From: an uncultured Chitinophagales bacterium
GTDB taxonomy: Bacteria; Bacteroidota; Bacteroidia; Chitinophagales; S012-47
Direction: 5' to 3'
Assembly (NCBI GenBank): GCA_964422925.1
Contig: CAYRDC010000006.1
Location: 8,854 to 72,853, forward strand
Length of the DNA stretch: 64,000 bases
Shown here: positions 1-7,881 of the stretch, one piece after another
Numbering within the stretch: the first letter of the stretch is position 1
Layout of the letters: every line of letters begins with the position of its first letter
Made by a program: the position numbers and the translations under genes
The notes under the pieces: model-generated
The model's database searches: none
The model's input: only the letters and a program-made list of their open reading frames with translations
Told to the model about the DNA's origin: nothing

Positions 1-263
1 ATCCGTTCGCGCTGCATCCGGTTTTGCTGATCCAAACGGTTAAAGTCAGATTGCAAGGTTTTGTACATAGCCTGGAGCTTTTCGATTGGCACAGGCTCGA
101 ACGAACCCGTATTTTCAGGCTTTTTGTTTAATTCTAAGACCGGGGCGTCAAGCCCGGACAAGGAATCATTGGCTGAGAGCGGCCGGCTTGGTGAGAATAG
201 TATAATGAGAAGAACCCCTATTATGAAATTTATGGTACCATTTTTCCGTATTTGTGCAAACAT
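1..263 (-). CDS. hypothetical membrane-anchored protein, N-terminal part (gene continues past the left edge)
   Basis: My own minus-strand translation from CAT at 261-263 gives MFAQIRKNGTINFIIGVLLIILFSPSRPLSANDS..., and the frame stays open to position 1. The N-terminus is hydrophobic. The gene is missing from the ORF track because it is truncated. It competes with + ORF 61-279, which looks like a shadow. Confidence 0.35.
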   Translation of the reverse strand, partial: MFAQIRKNGTINFIIGVLLIILFSPSRPLSANDSLSGLDAPVLELNKKPENTGSFEPVPIEKLQAMYKTLQSDFNRLDQQNRMQRER

Positions 264-411
264 ATTTTCAAAGGGTTGACTACGAACATTAAAATACGAT
301 TAAAAGACGTTGAATCCAACGGAATTCCATAAAAATCATCAAGCTTCAGGAACAATTTCTTGAAACGGTAAGTATAAGTTTACATTCGTTTAGAAAAAGC
401 CGTAACATTAC

Positions 412-801
412 ATGAAAAGATTACTTTATTTACTCCTTATTGCCCCTATGCTTTTACCATCCTGCCGTAAAGCGCCCGGACCGGGAGGGACCTCCTCTAT
501 TACAGGAAAAGTGTATGTTAAAGATTACAACGCAAACGGTACGGTATTGCTGGGCGAGTATTACGGTCCGGAAATCAAAGTTTATATTATTTACGGTGAC
601 CATCAGGTATATGATGACTGGATGCGGACCAATTATGACGGGGCATACTTGTTCGATTACCTGAACCCGGGTTCTTACACGGTTTTCACTTATTCCAGGT
701 GTGATTCCTGCCCCAGCGGTGTGGAACCAGTAAAAACAACGGTTCAGATCACAGGTGCTCACCAAGTGGTTGAAGTACCGGACCTTGTAATAAAAAACTG
801 A
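412..801 (+). CDS. small lipoprotein with CarboxypepD_reg-like beta-sandwich pattern
   Basis: Signal peptide ending in a lipobox-like LLPSC. The GKVY...DGAYLFDYLNPGSYTV pattern is typical of carboxypeptidase-regulatory-like folds. The stop lies 3 nt before the next start. Confidence 0.6.
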   Translation: MKRLLYLLLIAPMLLPSCRKAPGPGGTSSITGKVYVKDYNANGTVLLGEYYGPEIKVYIIYGDHQVYDDWMRTNYDGAYLFDYLNPGSYTVFTYSRCDSCPSGVEPVKTTVQITGAHQVVEVPDLVIKN

Positions 802-804
802 TTC

Positions 805-1578
805 TTGAAAGACCTTGGACATATATTGCAACAGTTTGACCCTATCACCCTGAAGGAGATGGATGCGGTTTCATTGATGAACCGCCATGATTCCAAGTTT
901 GTCTTTCACAGGAATTTACTGTTGTCTGTACTGGAAGAACTGCAATCTGATTACAGAATCCTCGAAGTAAAAGGAAACCGGTTAAGCCGGTACGAAACCA
1001 TTTACTTTGACACGGAAGATTTCCTGTTTTACCACTTGCATCATAACGGGAAGCGCAACCGGCTCAAAGTCCGGATAAGGCAATATGTAGATATCGGACT
1101 GACCTTTATGGAAATCAAGAAGAAGAATAACAAATCAAGAACGGTTAAAAAAAGGATAAAAGTCGGCAAGCTTAGTCAGCAGTTTGACCAGCAAGGGCTG
1201 GCTTTGCTTAAGGCCTATACCGACCTCGACCCTAAATCCATCCGTCCAACCCTTCACGTAAATTTCAAACGGATTACCTTGGTTTGCAGGGATATGAGCG
1301 AAAGGTTGACCATTGACATAGACTTGGTTACTTCCAATTCTACCCGGCAAAAAGATTTCCGCAATATTGTGATTGCAGAGGTAAAACAGGATGGCAAGAA
1401 TTTACATTCGCCTTTTTTCAAGGTAATGCGCAAGTACCGGATTCATGAAAACCGGTTCAGCAAGTATTGCATGGGCATTATCTATACCCATCCGGGAATA
1501 AAGATCAACCGGTTTAAACCAAGGATTCTAAAATTAAACAAGATCACGAATGGAACATTTGGCTTACGAAGTGCTTAA
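805..1578 (+). CDS. VTC domain-containing protein (triphosphate-tunnel, polyphosphate-polymerase-like)
   Basis: TTG start directly after the upstream stop. Alternating charged beta-strand motifs of a tunnel fold are present: RYETIYFDT, RLKVRIRQY, FMEIKKK, RLTIDIDL, VIAEVKQ. Confidence 0.75.
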   Translation: MKDLGHILQQFDPITLKEMDAVSLMNRHDSKFVFHRNLLLSVLEELQSDYRILEVKGNRLSRYETIYFDTEDFLFYHLHHNGKRNRLKVRIRQYVDIGLTFMEIKKKNNKSRTVKKRIKVGKLSQQFDQQGLALLKAYTDLDPKSIRPTLHVNFKRITLVCRDMSERLTIDIDLVTSNSTRQKDFRNIVIAEVKQDGKNLHSPFFKVMRKYRIHENRFSKYCMGIIYTHPGIKINRFKPRILKLNKITNGTFGLRSA

Positions 1579-2260
1579 CCTGCCTGTTCTGGCGGTAAAA
1601 TTTCTGGGTATAAAGCTATATGATAAAGATTTGTGGGAGTTGATTCTCAGATTTTCCTTCAACCTGTTGGTCACTGCTATCATCATCCGGGGGATTTACT
1701 TTCGCTATCGTAAAGACAGCGAATACTATTTCGCATATTTCATGTTCAGCATTATTATTTTCTTTGTTATTTTTCTTTTAAATAATGTAAAACTAAGTAT
1801 TGGCTTTGCCTTTGGCTTGTTTGCTGTTTTTGCCATTCTTCGTTACCGCACCGCCACCATTCCAATCCGTGAAATGACTTACCTGTTTGTGGTAATTACA
1901 GTGGCCTTGCTTAATGCATTGGCCAATAAAAAAGTAACCTACGCGGAATTGTTGTTCACTAACCTGGCTATCGTGTCGGCTATCTACCTAATGGAAAAGG
2001 CCAATTTCCGCAAGCAAATGATGTCGATGTACGTCAATTATGAAAAAATCGAAAACATTAAACCCCAACGGCATCAGGAATTGCTCAAAGACCTGAAAGA
2101 AAGGACCGGGCTTGACATTGTACGATTAGATATTCTCAGAGTGAATTTTATGACGGATACCGCCCGCATTAAAATATTCTATAAATCGGGCAGTAGTTCT
2201 ACGTTCCTCACCGATAATGAAGTACAGGACCTGAATTATGATTCGGAAGATAACGGCTAG
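1550..2260 (+). CDS. DUF4956-like multi-pass membrane protein
   Basis: Overlaps the VTC gene by 29 nt. It has several hydrophobic helices followed by a soluble tail (IENIKPQRHQELLKDLKERTGLDIVRLDI). It matches my recollection of DUF4956, the usual partner of bacterial VTC genes. Confidence 0.65.
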   Translation: MEHLAYEVLNLPVLAVKFLGIKLYDKDLWELILRFSFNLLVTAIIIRGIYFRYRKDSEYYFAYFMFSIIIFFVIFLLNNVKLSIGFAFGLFAVFAILRYRTATIPIREMTYLFVVITVALLNALANKKVTYAELLFTNLAIVSAIYLMEKANFRKQMMSMYVNYEKIENIKPQRHQELLKDLKERTGLDIVRLDILRVNFMTDTARIKIFYKSGSSSTFLTDNEVQDLNYDSEDNG

Positions 2261-2885
2261 CCTTTGGGTTTTGGTGGTATGGCTTTTATTCCCTTCCCTG
2301 GTCCGCGCCCAAACGAGTGATGTGGAAACATGGGCAGGGACTGTAGTAATATTTGATTTGCCAAAGGGCTTTGATATATCCATGGAAGAGCAACTGAGGC
2401 TAAATCAGAATGCTTCCAGTCTGAAATCTTTACTGACTGAAGTGGAAGCGGGATGGAAAATGAACAAGTATCTGAGTTTCGGAGCCTCCTACCGATTTGT
2501 TTACCGCCCGACCTTTAACAGGAACCGCTACAGCCTGATTACGAAGCAGCGCTACCGTTCCAAACCTTTTACTTTCAAAAACCGGATCAAATACGAATAT
2601 GAAACCGAAGTGGCCCATACACCCGGCAGCCGGATCAGGGACCGGATAGCTATTGACTGGAAAACAAGCAAATTACTGACGCTGAGCATTAATAATGAAT
2701 GGTTTTACCCGCTCGGGGCCAAAGGCGGTTTTTTCGACCAGTACCGTATCGGGGCCAGGGTTGATTTCAAGCTTAACAAGAGAAACCATATCCGGGCAGG
2801 CTATATCTATGAGCAGCAGATTCAGCAGCCCAATCCCGCCACTTCCCATATTTTCCGGGTACGGTACCTGGTGACCCTGTTTTAA
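2238..2885 (+). CDS. DUF2490-like predicted outer-membrane beta-barrel protein
   Basis: Overlaps the upstream gene by 23 nt. It has a signal peptide (LFPSLVRAQ), alternating amphipathic strands and a terminal aromatic residue (VTLF). Confidence 0.5.
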   Translation: MIRKITASLWVLVVWLLFPSLVRAQTSDVETWAGTVVIFDLPKGFDISMEEQLRLNQNASSLKSLLTEVEAGWKMNKYLSFGASYRFVYRPTFNRNRYSLITKQRYRSKPFTFKNRIKYEYETEVAHTPGSRIRDRIAIDWKTSKLLTLSINNEWFYPLGAKGGFFDQYRIGARVDFKLNKRNHIRAGYIYEQQIQQPNPATSHIFRVRYLVTLF

Positions 2886-2886
2886 C

Positions 2887-4305
2887 TTACCGGACGATCA
2901 GGGGCCGGATGCTGGTCCTGTCAGCACTTTGAAACCGGACCAGGTAGTATCCTGAGGCAAATCCATCGAGCGGAAAGAGGAATTGTTGTTCTCCCCCAGA
3001 CAAACGGCCCGTGGCGATTGTATTCCCCTCCAAATCAGTAAGTGTAAGAAAAACAGGAGCGGTTGCGGGATGGTCCAGGACAATCCTGGCAGATGCTGAA
3101 GCCGGATTCGGGTAAATTCGCCAATCCGGATTTTCTGAAATATCCGTTATACCAACCAATGGATTAATGGTAAAATGCCGGGTATAGGTCTTCCCGTTAT
3201 AATCCGCCTCAAAGGTCCACTGCCCAGTGGGTTCTCCCGTTCCGGCTACCATCCACCAATAAGCATAAGCGGCCACATAAAACGGCCAGGGTGAATTCCA
3301 TGACCAGGTGTTCCATACCGAATTGTTCGGCCTCCGGATGGTAATATTGACCAGGTCATTGGTATTCAAATTCCGGAAATGGATATCGAGGTAAATGGTA
3401 TCCAGGGGTGAAAACGCGCCTTTTTCGTGAGGGATCTCCTGGGCCGGGCAAGCCGGAATTTCAGGGGGCGCGTAACCGGTAGCCAGGCGATTGATGCCTT
3501 TTTCCAGGTAAGGGAGCTGGTTGTTCCACCAGCTTGAATTGTTGAATATGTTGCATGAGCCGTAAAACGGATCAATCAATCGCTGGGAAGCATCGTACAC
3601 TTCAAAATGCAAGTGAGGACCCGTGCTGTTGCCGGAGGAGCCGGCAATACCCAAGTATTCCCCGGCATTTACCGACTGTCCCACCCCTTTGGAAGTCAGA
3701 CTACCGTTTTTCATATGGCCGTACCAGGCTATGGAACCATCACTGTGTTGAATATAGACAGCATTCCACAGGTTGTTGTTAGTGGTACAGCTGTGGTCAT
3801 ATTCTCCATCATTTTTGTACAGGACCACCCCGGGAGCAGCTGCTACCACCTCCACATAGCCGGAATCCATTTTCAACCACGGATAAGGCCAAAGGTAAAA
3901 ATCCGTACCCCGGTGATTATAGCCATTCTGTGTATCGTAGGTAAGCTGTCCGCAATGGTAATCCAACAGATGATTCGGGTAGGTGGTGTCATTATCGACA
4001 TATCCTGTAATGGTGAAAAAACCGGGATCAGACAATCCGCTTTTTAACCGGAGCGGTAAATTGAACAAAACCTGCAGCGTTCCATCCGCGGCAGGCAGGA
4101 GCCCTTCCGATTGTAACATCTCCCGGTTTCGGTTAATCTGCTCCCAAATCATGACCCGCTGTTCGGGTGTCGGGCCGTCCGGCCCCGGAACAGGAGCCGG
4201 CCGGAACACAGGTTCCGGGCCGGAAAAATCCGGTGAAACATTTTGTCCGTTAACAACAAAACCGGCTGCCAATAAGCAGGTGATAGTTATTAAAATCTGT
4301 TTCAT
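2887..4305 (-). CDS. M23/LytM family metallopeptidase with T9SS type A C-terminal sorting domain
   Basis: Signal peptide. M23 signature region NHRGTDF ... GNSTGPHLHFEVY. The last ~80 aa (IYPNPASASARIVL...GYYLVRFQSADRTSIRPLIVR) look like a Por/T9SS type A CTD. Confidence 0.85.
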   Translation of the reverse strand: MKQILITITCLLAAGFVVNGQNVSPDFSGPEPVFRPAPVPGPDGPTPEQRVMIWEQINRNREMLQSEGLLPAADGTLQVLFNLPLRLKSGLSDPGFFTITGYVDNDTTYPNHLLDYHCGQLTYDTQNGYNHRGTDFYLWPYPWLKMDSGYVEVVAAAPGVVLYKNDGEYDHSCTTNNNLWNAVYIQHSDGSIAWYGHMKNGSLTSKGVGQSVNAGEYLGIAGSSGNSTGPHLHFEVYDASQRLIDPFYGSCNIFNNSSWWNNQLPYLEKGINRLATGYAPPEIPACPAQEIPHEKGAFSPLDTIYLDIHFRNLNTNDLVNITIRRPNNSVWNTWSWNSPWPFYVAAYAYWWMVAGTGEPTGQWTFEADYNGKTYTRHFTINPLVGITDISENPDWRIYPNPASASARIVLDHPATAPVFLTLTDLEGNTIATGRLSGGEQQFLFPLDGFASGYYLVRFQSADRTSIRPLIVR

Positions 4306-4349
4306 TTATTCAGCATTTTAAGTTTCCGTTTCATCAGGCGGCAAGCGGT

Positions 4350-6260
4350 TCAAACCGGATCGGTCATGGCCCCACCCGGGTAAATCTGTTGCCGGTACTT
4401 CCGGCTGGGGGATTCAATCAAAGGCCCCAGCCCCAGGGTGGGCCACTTGGCATCCACGCTGTCCATGGTTTCCATATCGGCACAAATAATATTGGGCCAG
4501 TCCCTGTCAAACCCATCGTCTTTCCGGGTTTTCCGGGTTCCGTCAATGCCCGCGTGCGAAGGCCCTGTGCCATCGGAAGGAACCAGGAAAACATCCCGGC
4601 CGGGATCCATGTTGTTGGTAACCCGCCAAATTATATCGTGCAGGCTGCCGATATCGGTGACCGGTTCGCAATATAAAATCCATTTGACCAGTCTGAGCCC
4701 GTCCAAGCGGAACAGCCGCTCGTTCAAATGGCGGATAAAGCCGGGGCCCGATTTTTCGACTGCCACGGCCACCACAGAAATGCCCCGGGCGAGCAGCGAG
4801 TCGTTATGGCCGGTAATAGCCGGAAAATCTTTCTTCACCTGGTCCCAGTCAATCCGGATTTCCCGTGGATCGGGATTCACTGCCCCGCCAGGCCGTATTT
4901 CTTCCGGGAGTTTTTTCGTGGCGTCAATAAACATTTTACCACCAAAGGCAAAGTGGCTGCAACTGTGATCCAGCACATCCATTGGGCCCTTGCCGAAAAT
5001 GATATCCGAGGCAGGGTTTACATTTTCAGATACATGCCGGGCCAGGGCCTCGTAATCATGAATATTCAACCCATCGTCCACCGCAACCAGTATCTTGTTA
5101 AACATCATCTGCCCGGCTCCCCACATGGCATTCTTTACCTTATAGGCATGTCCGGGATATTCTTTTTTCAGGCTGGTTATCGTAAGATTGTGGAACACTC
5201 CTTCCACGGGCATATCCATGTCGGATAATTCCGGGAGCAATGTCATGCGGATCGGTGCCAGGAAAATCCGTTCGGTGGCTTTCCCGATCCAGGCGTCTTC
5301 CTGGGGTGGTATGCCTACGATGGTGGAGGGATAGATCGCCTCTCTCCGGTGCGTGACGGCTGTGACATGAAACCGCGGGTAATAATCGGCCAGGCTGTAA
5401 TAGCCTGTATGGTCTCCGAACGGGCCTTCCAGGATCAGCTCTTCTTCCGGGTCAACATAACCTTCAATGATGATATCGGCTTCAGCCGGGACCCAGATAT
5501 CCTGGGTGAGGCATTTGACAAGCTCCACTCTTTTTTTCCGGATGAACCCGGCCAGGATGTATTCATCCACATTGGGCGGCAGGGGCGCGGTGGCGCTGTA
5601 TGCCAGTACCGGGTCTCCTCCCAGGGCAACGGCCACCGGCATTTTTTTGCCCAGTTGCTGAAATTTCCTGAAATGCCCGGCTGACACTTTGTGCTTATGC
5701 CAGTGCATTCCCGTCAGGTCCGGGCCAAAAACCTGCATCCGGTACATGCCCACGTTCCGGGTACCCGTTTCCGGGTCCTGCGTGTGAATGACCGGCAGGG
5801 TAATGAACGGCCCGCCATCTTGGGGCCAGCAGGTCATTACAGGAAAACGGGTGAGGTCTGGCGGGTCCATCACCACCTGCTGGCACGCGCCCCGTCCTTT
5901 GCGCTTCCTGGGCATCCAGGAGGCAATACGCCCAAGCCGGGGTAACATTCTTAACTGATCCATAATCTGGCTGCCCGGCTTCATAAACACCTGGAAAAGC
6001 GACTCCACCTCACGGGCAATATCATCCAGGTTTTCAACCCCGAGGGCCAGGCACATCCTACGGTAGGAACCCAACGCATTGATCAGGAGCGGGAATTCCG
6101 TACCGGTATTTTCGAACAGCAGGGCCGGGCCATTGCTCTTGGATACACGGTCTGTGATATCCGCAATTTCCAGGTGGGGATTAACGTATTCATGGATCCT
6201 TACCAATTCCCCCGCTTCTTCCAGGGCTTGTACAAATGCATGCAGGCTGCTGTAAGCCAT
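4350..6260 (-). CDS. UbiD family decarboxylase (menaquinone/ubiquinone-type prenylated-FMN decarboxylase)
   Basis: UbiD-like sequence throughout (VFGPDLTGMHWHKHK, GPFGDHTGYY). I prefer the ATG at 6260 (MAYSSLHAFVQALEEAGELVRI) over the track start at 6302, which abuts the upstream terminator. Confidence 0.85.
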   Translation of the reverse strand: MAYSSLHAFVQALEEAGELVRIHEYVNPHLEIADITDRVSKSNGPALLFENTGTEFPLLINALGSYRRMCLALGVENLDDIAREVESLFQVFMKPGSQIMDQLRMLPRLGRIASWMPRKRKGRGACQQVVMDPPDLTRFPVMTCWPQDGGPFITLPVIHTQDPETGTRNVGMYRMQVFGPDLTGMHWHKHKVSAGHFRKFQQLGKKMPVAVALGGDPVLAYSATAPLPPNVDEYILAGFIRKKRVELVKCLTQDIWVPAEADIIIEGYVDPEEELILEGPFGDHTGYYSLADYYPRFHVTAVTHRREAIYPSTIVGIPPQEDAWIGKATERIFLAPIRMTLLPELSDMDMPVEGVFHNLTITSLKKEYPGHAYKVKNAMWGAGQMMFNKILVAVDDGLNIHDYEALARHVSENVNPASDIIFGKGPMDVLDHSCSHFAFGGKMFIDATKKLPEEIRPGGAVNPDPREIRIDWDQVKKDFPAITGHNDSLLARGISVVAVAVEKSGPGFIRHLNERLFRLDGLRLVKWILYCEPVTDIGSLHDIIWRVTNNMDPGRDVFLVPSDGTGPSHAGIDGTRKTRKDDGFDRDWPNIICADMETMDSVDAKWPTLGLGPLIESPSRKYRQQIYPGGAMTDPV

Positions 6261-6304
6261 ATCGGAGCTTTGCCATAAAATTAAGAAAGCGTTTGCTTGC
6301 AAGC

Positions 6305-6336
6305 AGAAAAAAAGGGGGCTGCCATCGACAGCCCCG
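6305..6336 (-). terminator. rho-independent terminator after the barrel gene
   Basis: On the minus strand: GGGGCTG-TCGATGG-CAGCCCC, a perfect 7-bp stem (6315-6335), followed by CTTTTTTTCTG. Confidence 0.6.
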
Positions 6337-6358
6337 GGACACTGACATGATCCAATAA

Positions 6359-7858
6359 CTAAAACCGGAGACCAAAAGTGAACAAAATATTGGAGGAAGC
6401 ATTGGTTAAAACGGCTCCTCCGACTGTTTCATTTGGATCGCTTAGTGTGTAAGGCACATCCATTGAAGTGGAACTGGCGCTCACGTAGGTCAGGTCCATA
6501 AAATAGTTCTTGTCGTGTAAACCGCCTCCGAGTGAGAAAGCAGCCCGGCTCAGGTCAGCATCCTGAACCGCCACGCCCGGCTGGAACGGAGAACCGGAAT
6601 AATTTATTCCACCCCGGATGATGAAAACCCCGAACCGGTATTCTCCGCCAAGCCGGAGGGATCCCGAGGGGCCGTATTTGTCACGGATGGTTTGGTTCAG
6701 CTGGCTTTCAAAGGCCTGTTCTGAAGTGGCAAACCCGAAAAAGGTATTGCTGTAATCCAGCCATTCGTAATCGACCGAAATCAAGCCTCTGGTTTTAAAC
6801 AAAACGGCCCCGCTGATCACAGCTCGCCAGGGGGTAGTCAGGTTGTACTTGAAAGTGCCGTCCGGGCTGTCCCATTGGTAATTGCCCGTACTCTCCAAGT
6901 CAGAACTCATGGTAGAGGAATAATCGTCCCGCAGGGAAAGGAAGGAAGGACTGTGCAATGCACCGCCTACGCGGATATAGGGCGTAATGCGGTAAATCAG
7001 CCCAAGCCGGAAGTTAACCCCTGAGCCAGTTGTTTTCAGGTAGTCGGTTTTCGTAAAACTTTTGAATCCCGCAATGGTATCATTTACATCCTCTTCATGA
7101 TAAGAAGATTCTTCCGTATACCGAATCCGGGGCATCCCGATCGTAACACCGATTTGTATCTTGTTGTCATAATTACCAGCAATCGAAAAAAGATATTCAT
7201 CAAAACCGCCCCGGGTTGAAATTTTACGCGATTGCTCCACCCCGCCATACGGTACTTTGGATGCATAATGCATGGTATCGGTCAGGATGGGATCTATCAG
7301 GTAGGTTTGGTAAGCCAGCCCCGCGTCAAAGGGGTAGCGGTCGGTTATTTCCGATGGAGCCACCCCGCTGCCGCTGTTGGCAATTTCCAGAAACTTGTCG
7401 ATCATCGAATTATCCGGGTTGAAGCCGTTGTAATAAACATCCCGGTTGTAATTGGCCAGGCGGTTGATCCCAAAGGCATAGCTCACCGATTTCCAGCCCG
7501 GGACTTCCTCCCCGTTAACCCGTTTGCTGTAGGTATTGGTAATTACCATCCCCAGGTTGCTGATATTGAAATTGTATTTAAGGTCAGTTTGCGGATTATC
7601 CCAGAAGCTGGATTGTGTACTGGCCGTAAAGATTGAAGGGGTTATCATGATTTCCGATTTACGGTAGGTGGCCAAGCCGGCAGGATTGGTAATAATAGCC
7701 CCAAAATCGCCTCCCAGAGCTCCCATGGCGCCACCCAGCCCGGTAAACCGGGCTGTGCCCCAATAATCCTGCATCGAATATCTCAAGGCATCCACATCAC
7801 TTTGCCCATAGGACTGGAAGGACACAAAAAGGGCTGTGAGGAAGAAAATTTTCTTCAT
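6359..7858 (-). CDS. FadL/TodX/PorV-like outer-membrane beta-barrel protein
   Basis: Signal peptide (FQSYGQ). The N-terminal motif GTARFTGLGGAMGALGGDFGAIITNPAGLA is typical of this barrel family. The protein ends FGLRF. It starts 23 nt after the upstream gene. Confidence 0.65.
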   Translation of the reverse strand: MKKIFFLTALFVSFQSYGQSDVDALRYSMQDYWGTARFTGLGGAMGALGGDFGAIITNPAGLATYRKSEIMITPSIFTASTQSSFWDNPQTDLKYNFNISNLGMVITNTYSKRVNGEEVPGWKSVSYAFGINRLANYNRDVYYNGFNPDNSMIDKFLEIANSGSGVAPSEITDRYPFDAGLAYQTYLIDPILTDTMHYASKVPYGGVEQSRKISTRGGFDEYLFSIAGNYDNKIQIGVTIGMPRIRYTEESSYHEEDVNDTIAGFKSFTKTDYLKTTGSGVNFRLGLIYRITPYIRVGGALHSPSFLSLRDDYSSTMSSDLESTGNYQWDSPDGTFKYNLTTPWRAVISGAVLFKTRGLISVDYEWLDYSNTFFGFATSEQAFESQLNQTIRDKYGPSGSLRLGGEYRFGVFIIRGGINYSGSPFQPGVAVQDADLSRAAFSLGGGLHDKNYFMDLTYVSASSTSMDVPYTLSDPNETVGGAVLTNASSNILFTFGLRF

Positions 7859-7881
7859 GGTTCAATGAATTTATTATTGGT

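Noticed and set aside
61-279. 72-aa + ORF at the left edge.
   Set aside because: The opposite strand carries an open frame from an ATG (261-263) with a TM-like N-terminus that runs off the window. The + ORF has no start context and an odd composition.
6261-6302. Longer start for the UbiD gene (MQANAFLILWQSSD...).
   Set aside because: The extension begins only 3 nt from the upstream terminator T-tract and adds non-conserved residues. UbiD-like sequence starts at the ATG at 6260. The call remains uncertain.
4350-7858. UbiD decarboxylase plus FadL-like barrel considered as an aromatic-compound uptake/degradation pair.
   Set aside because: A strong terminator (6305-6336) separates them, and the barrel is instead coupled to the low-complexity lipoprotein. 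UbiD is more simply explained as quinone biosynthesis.
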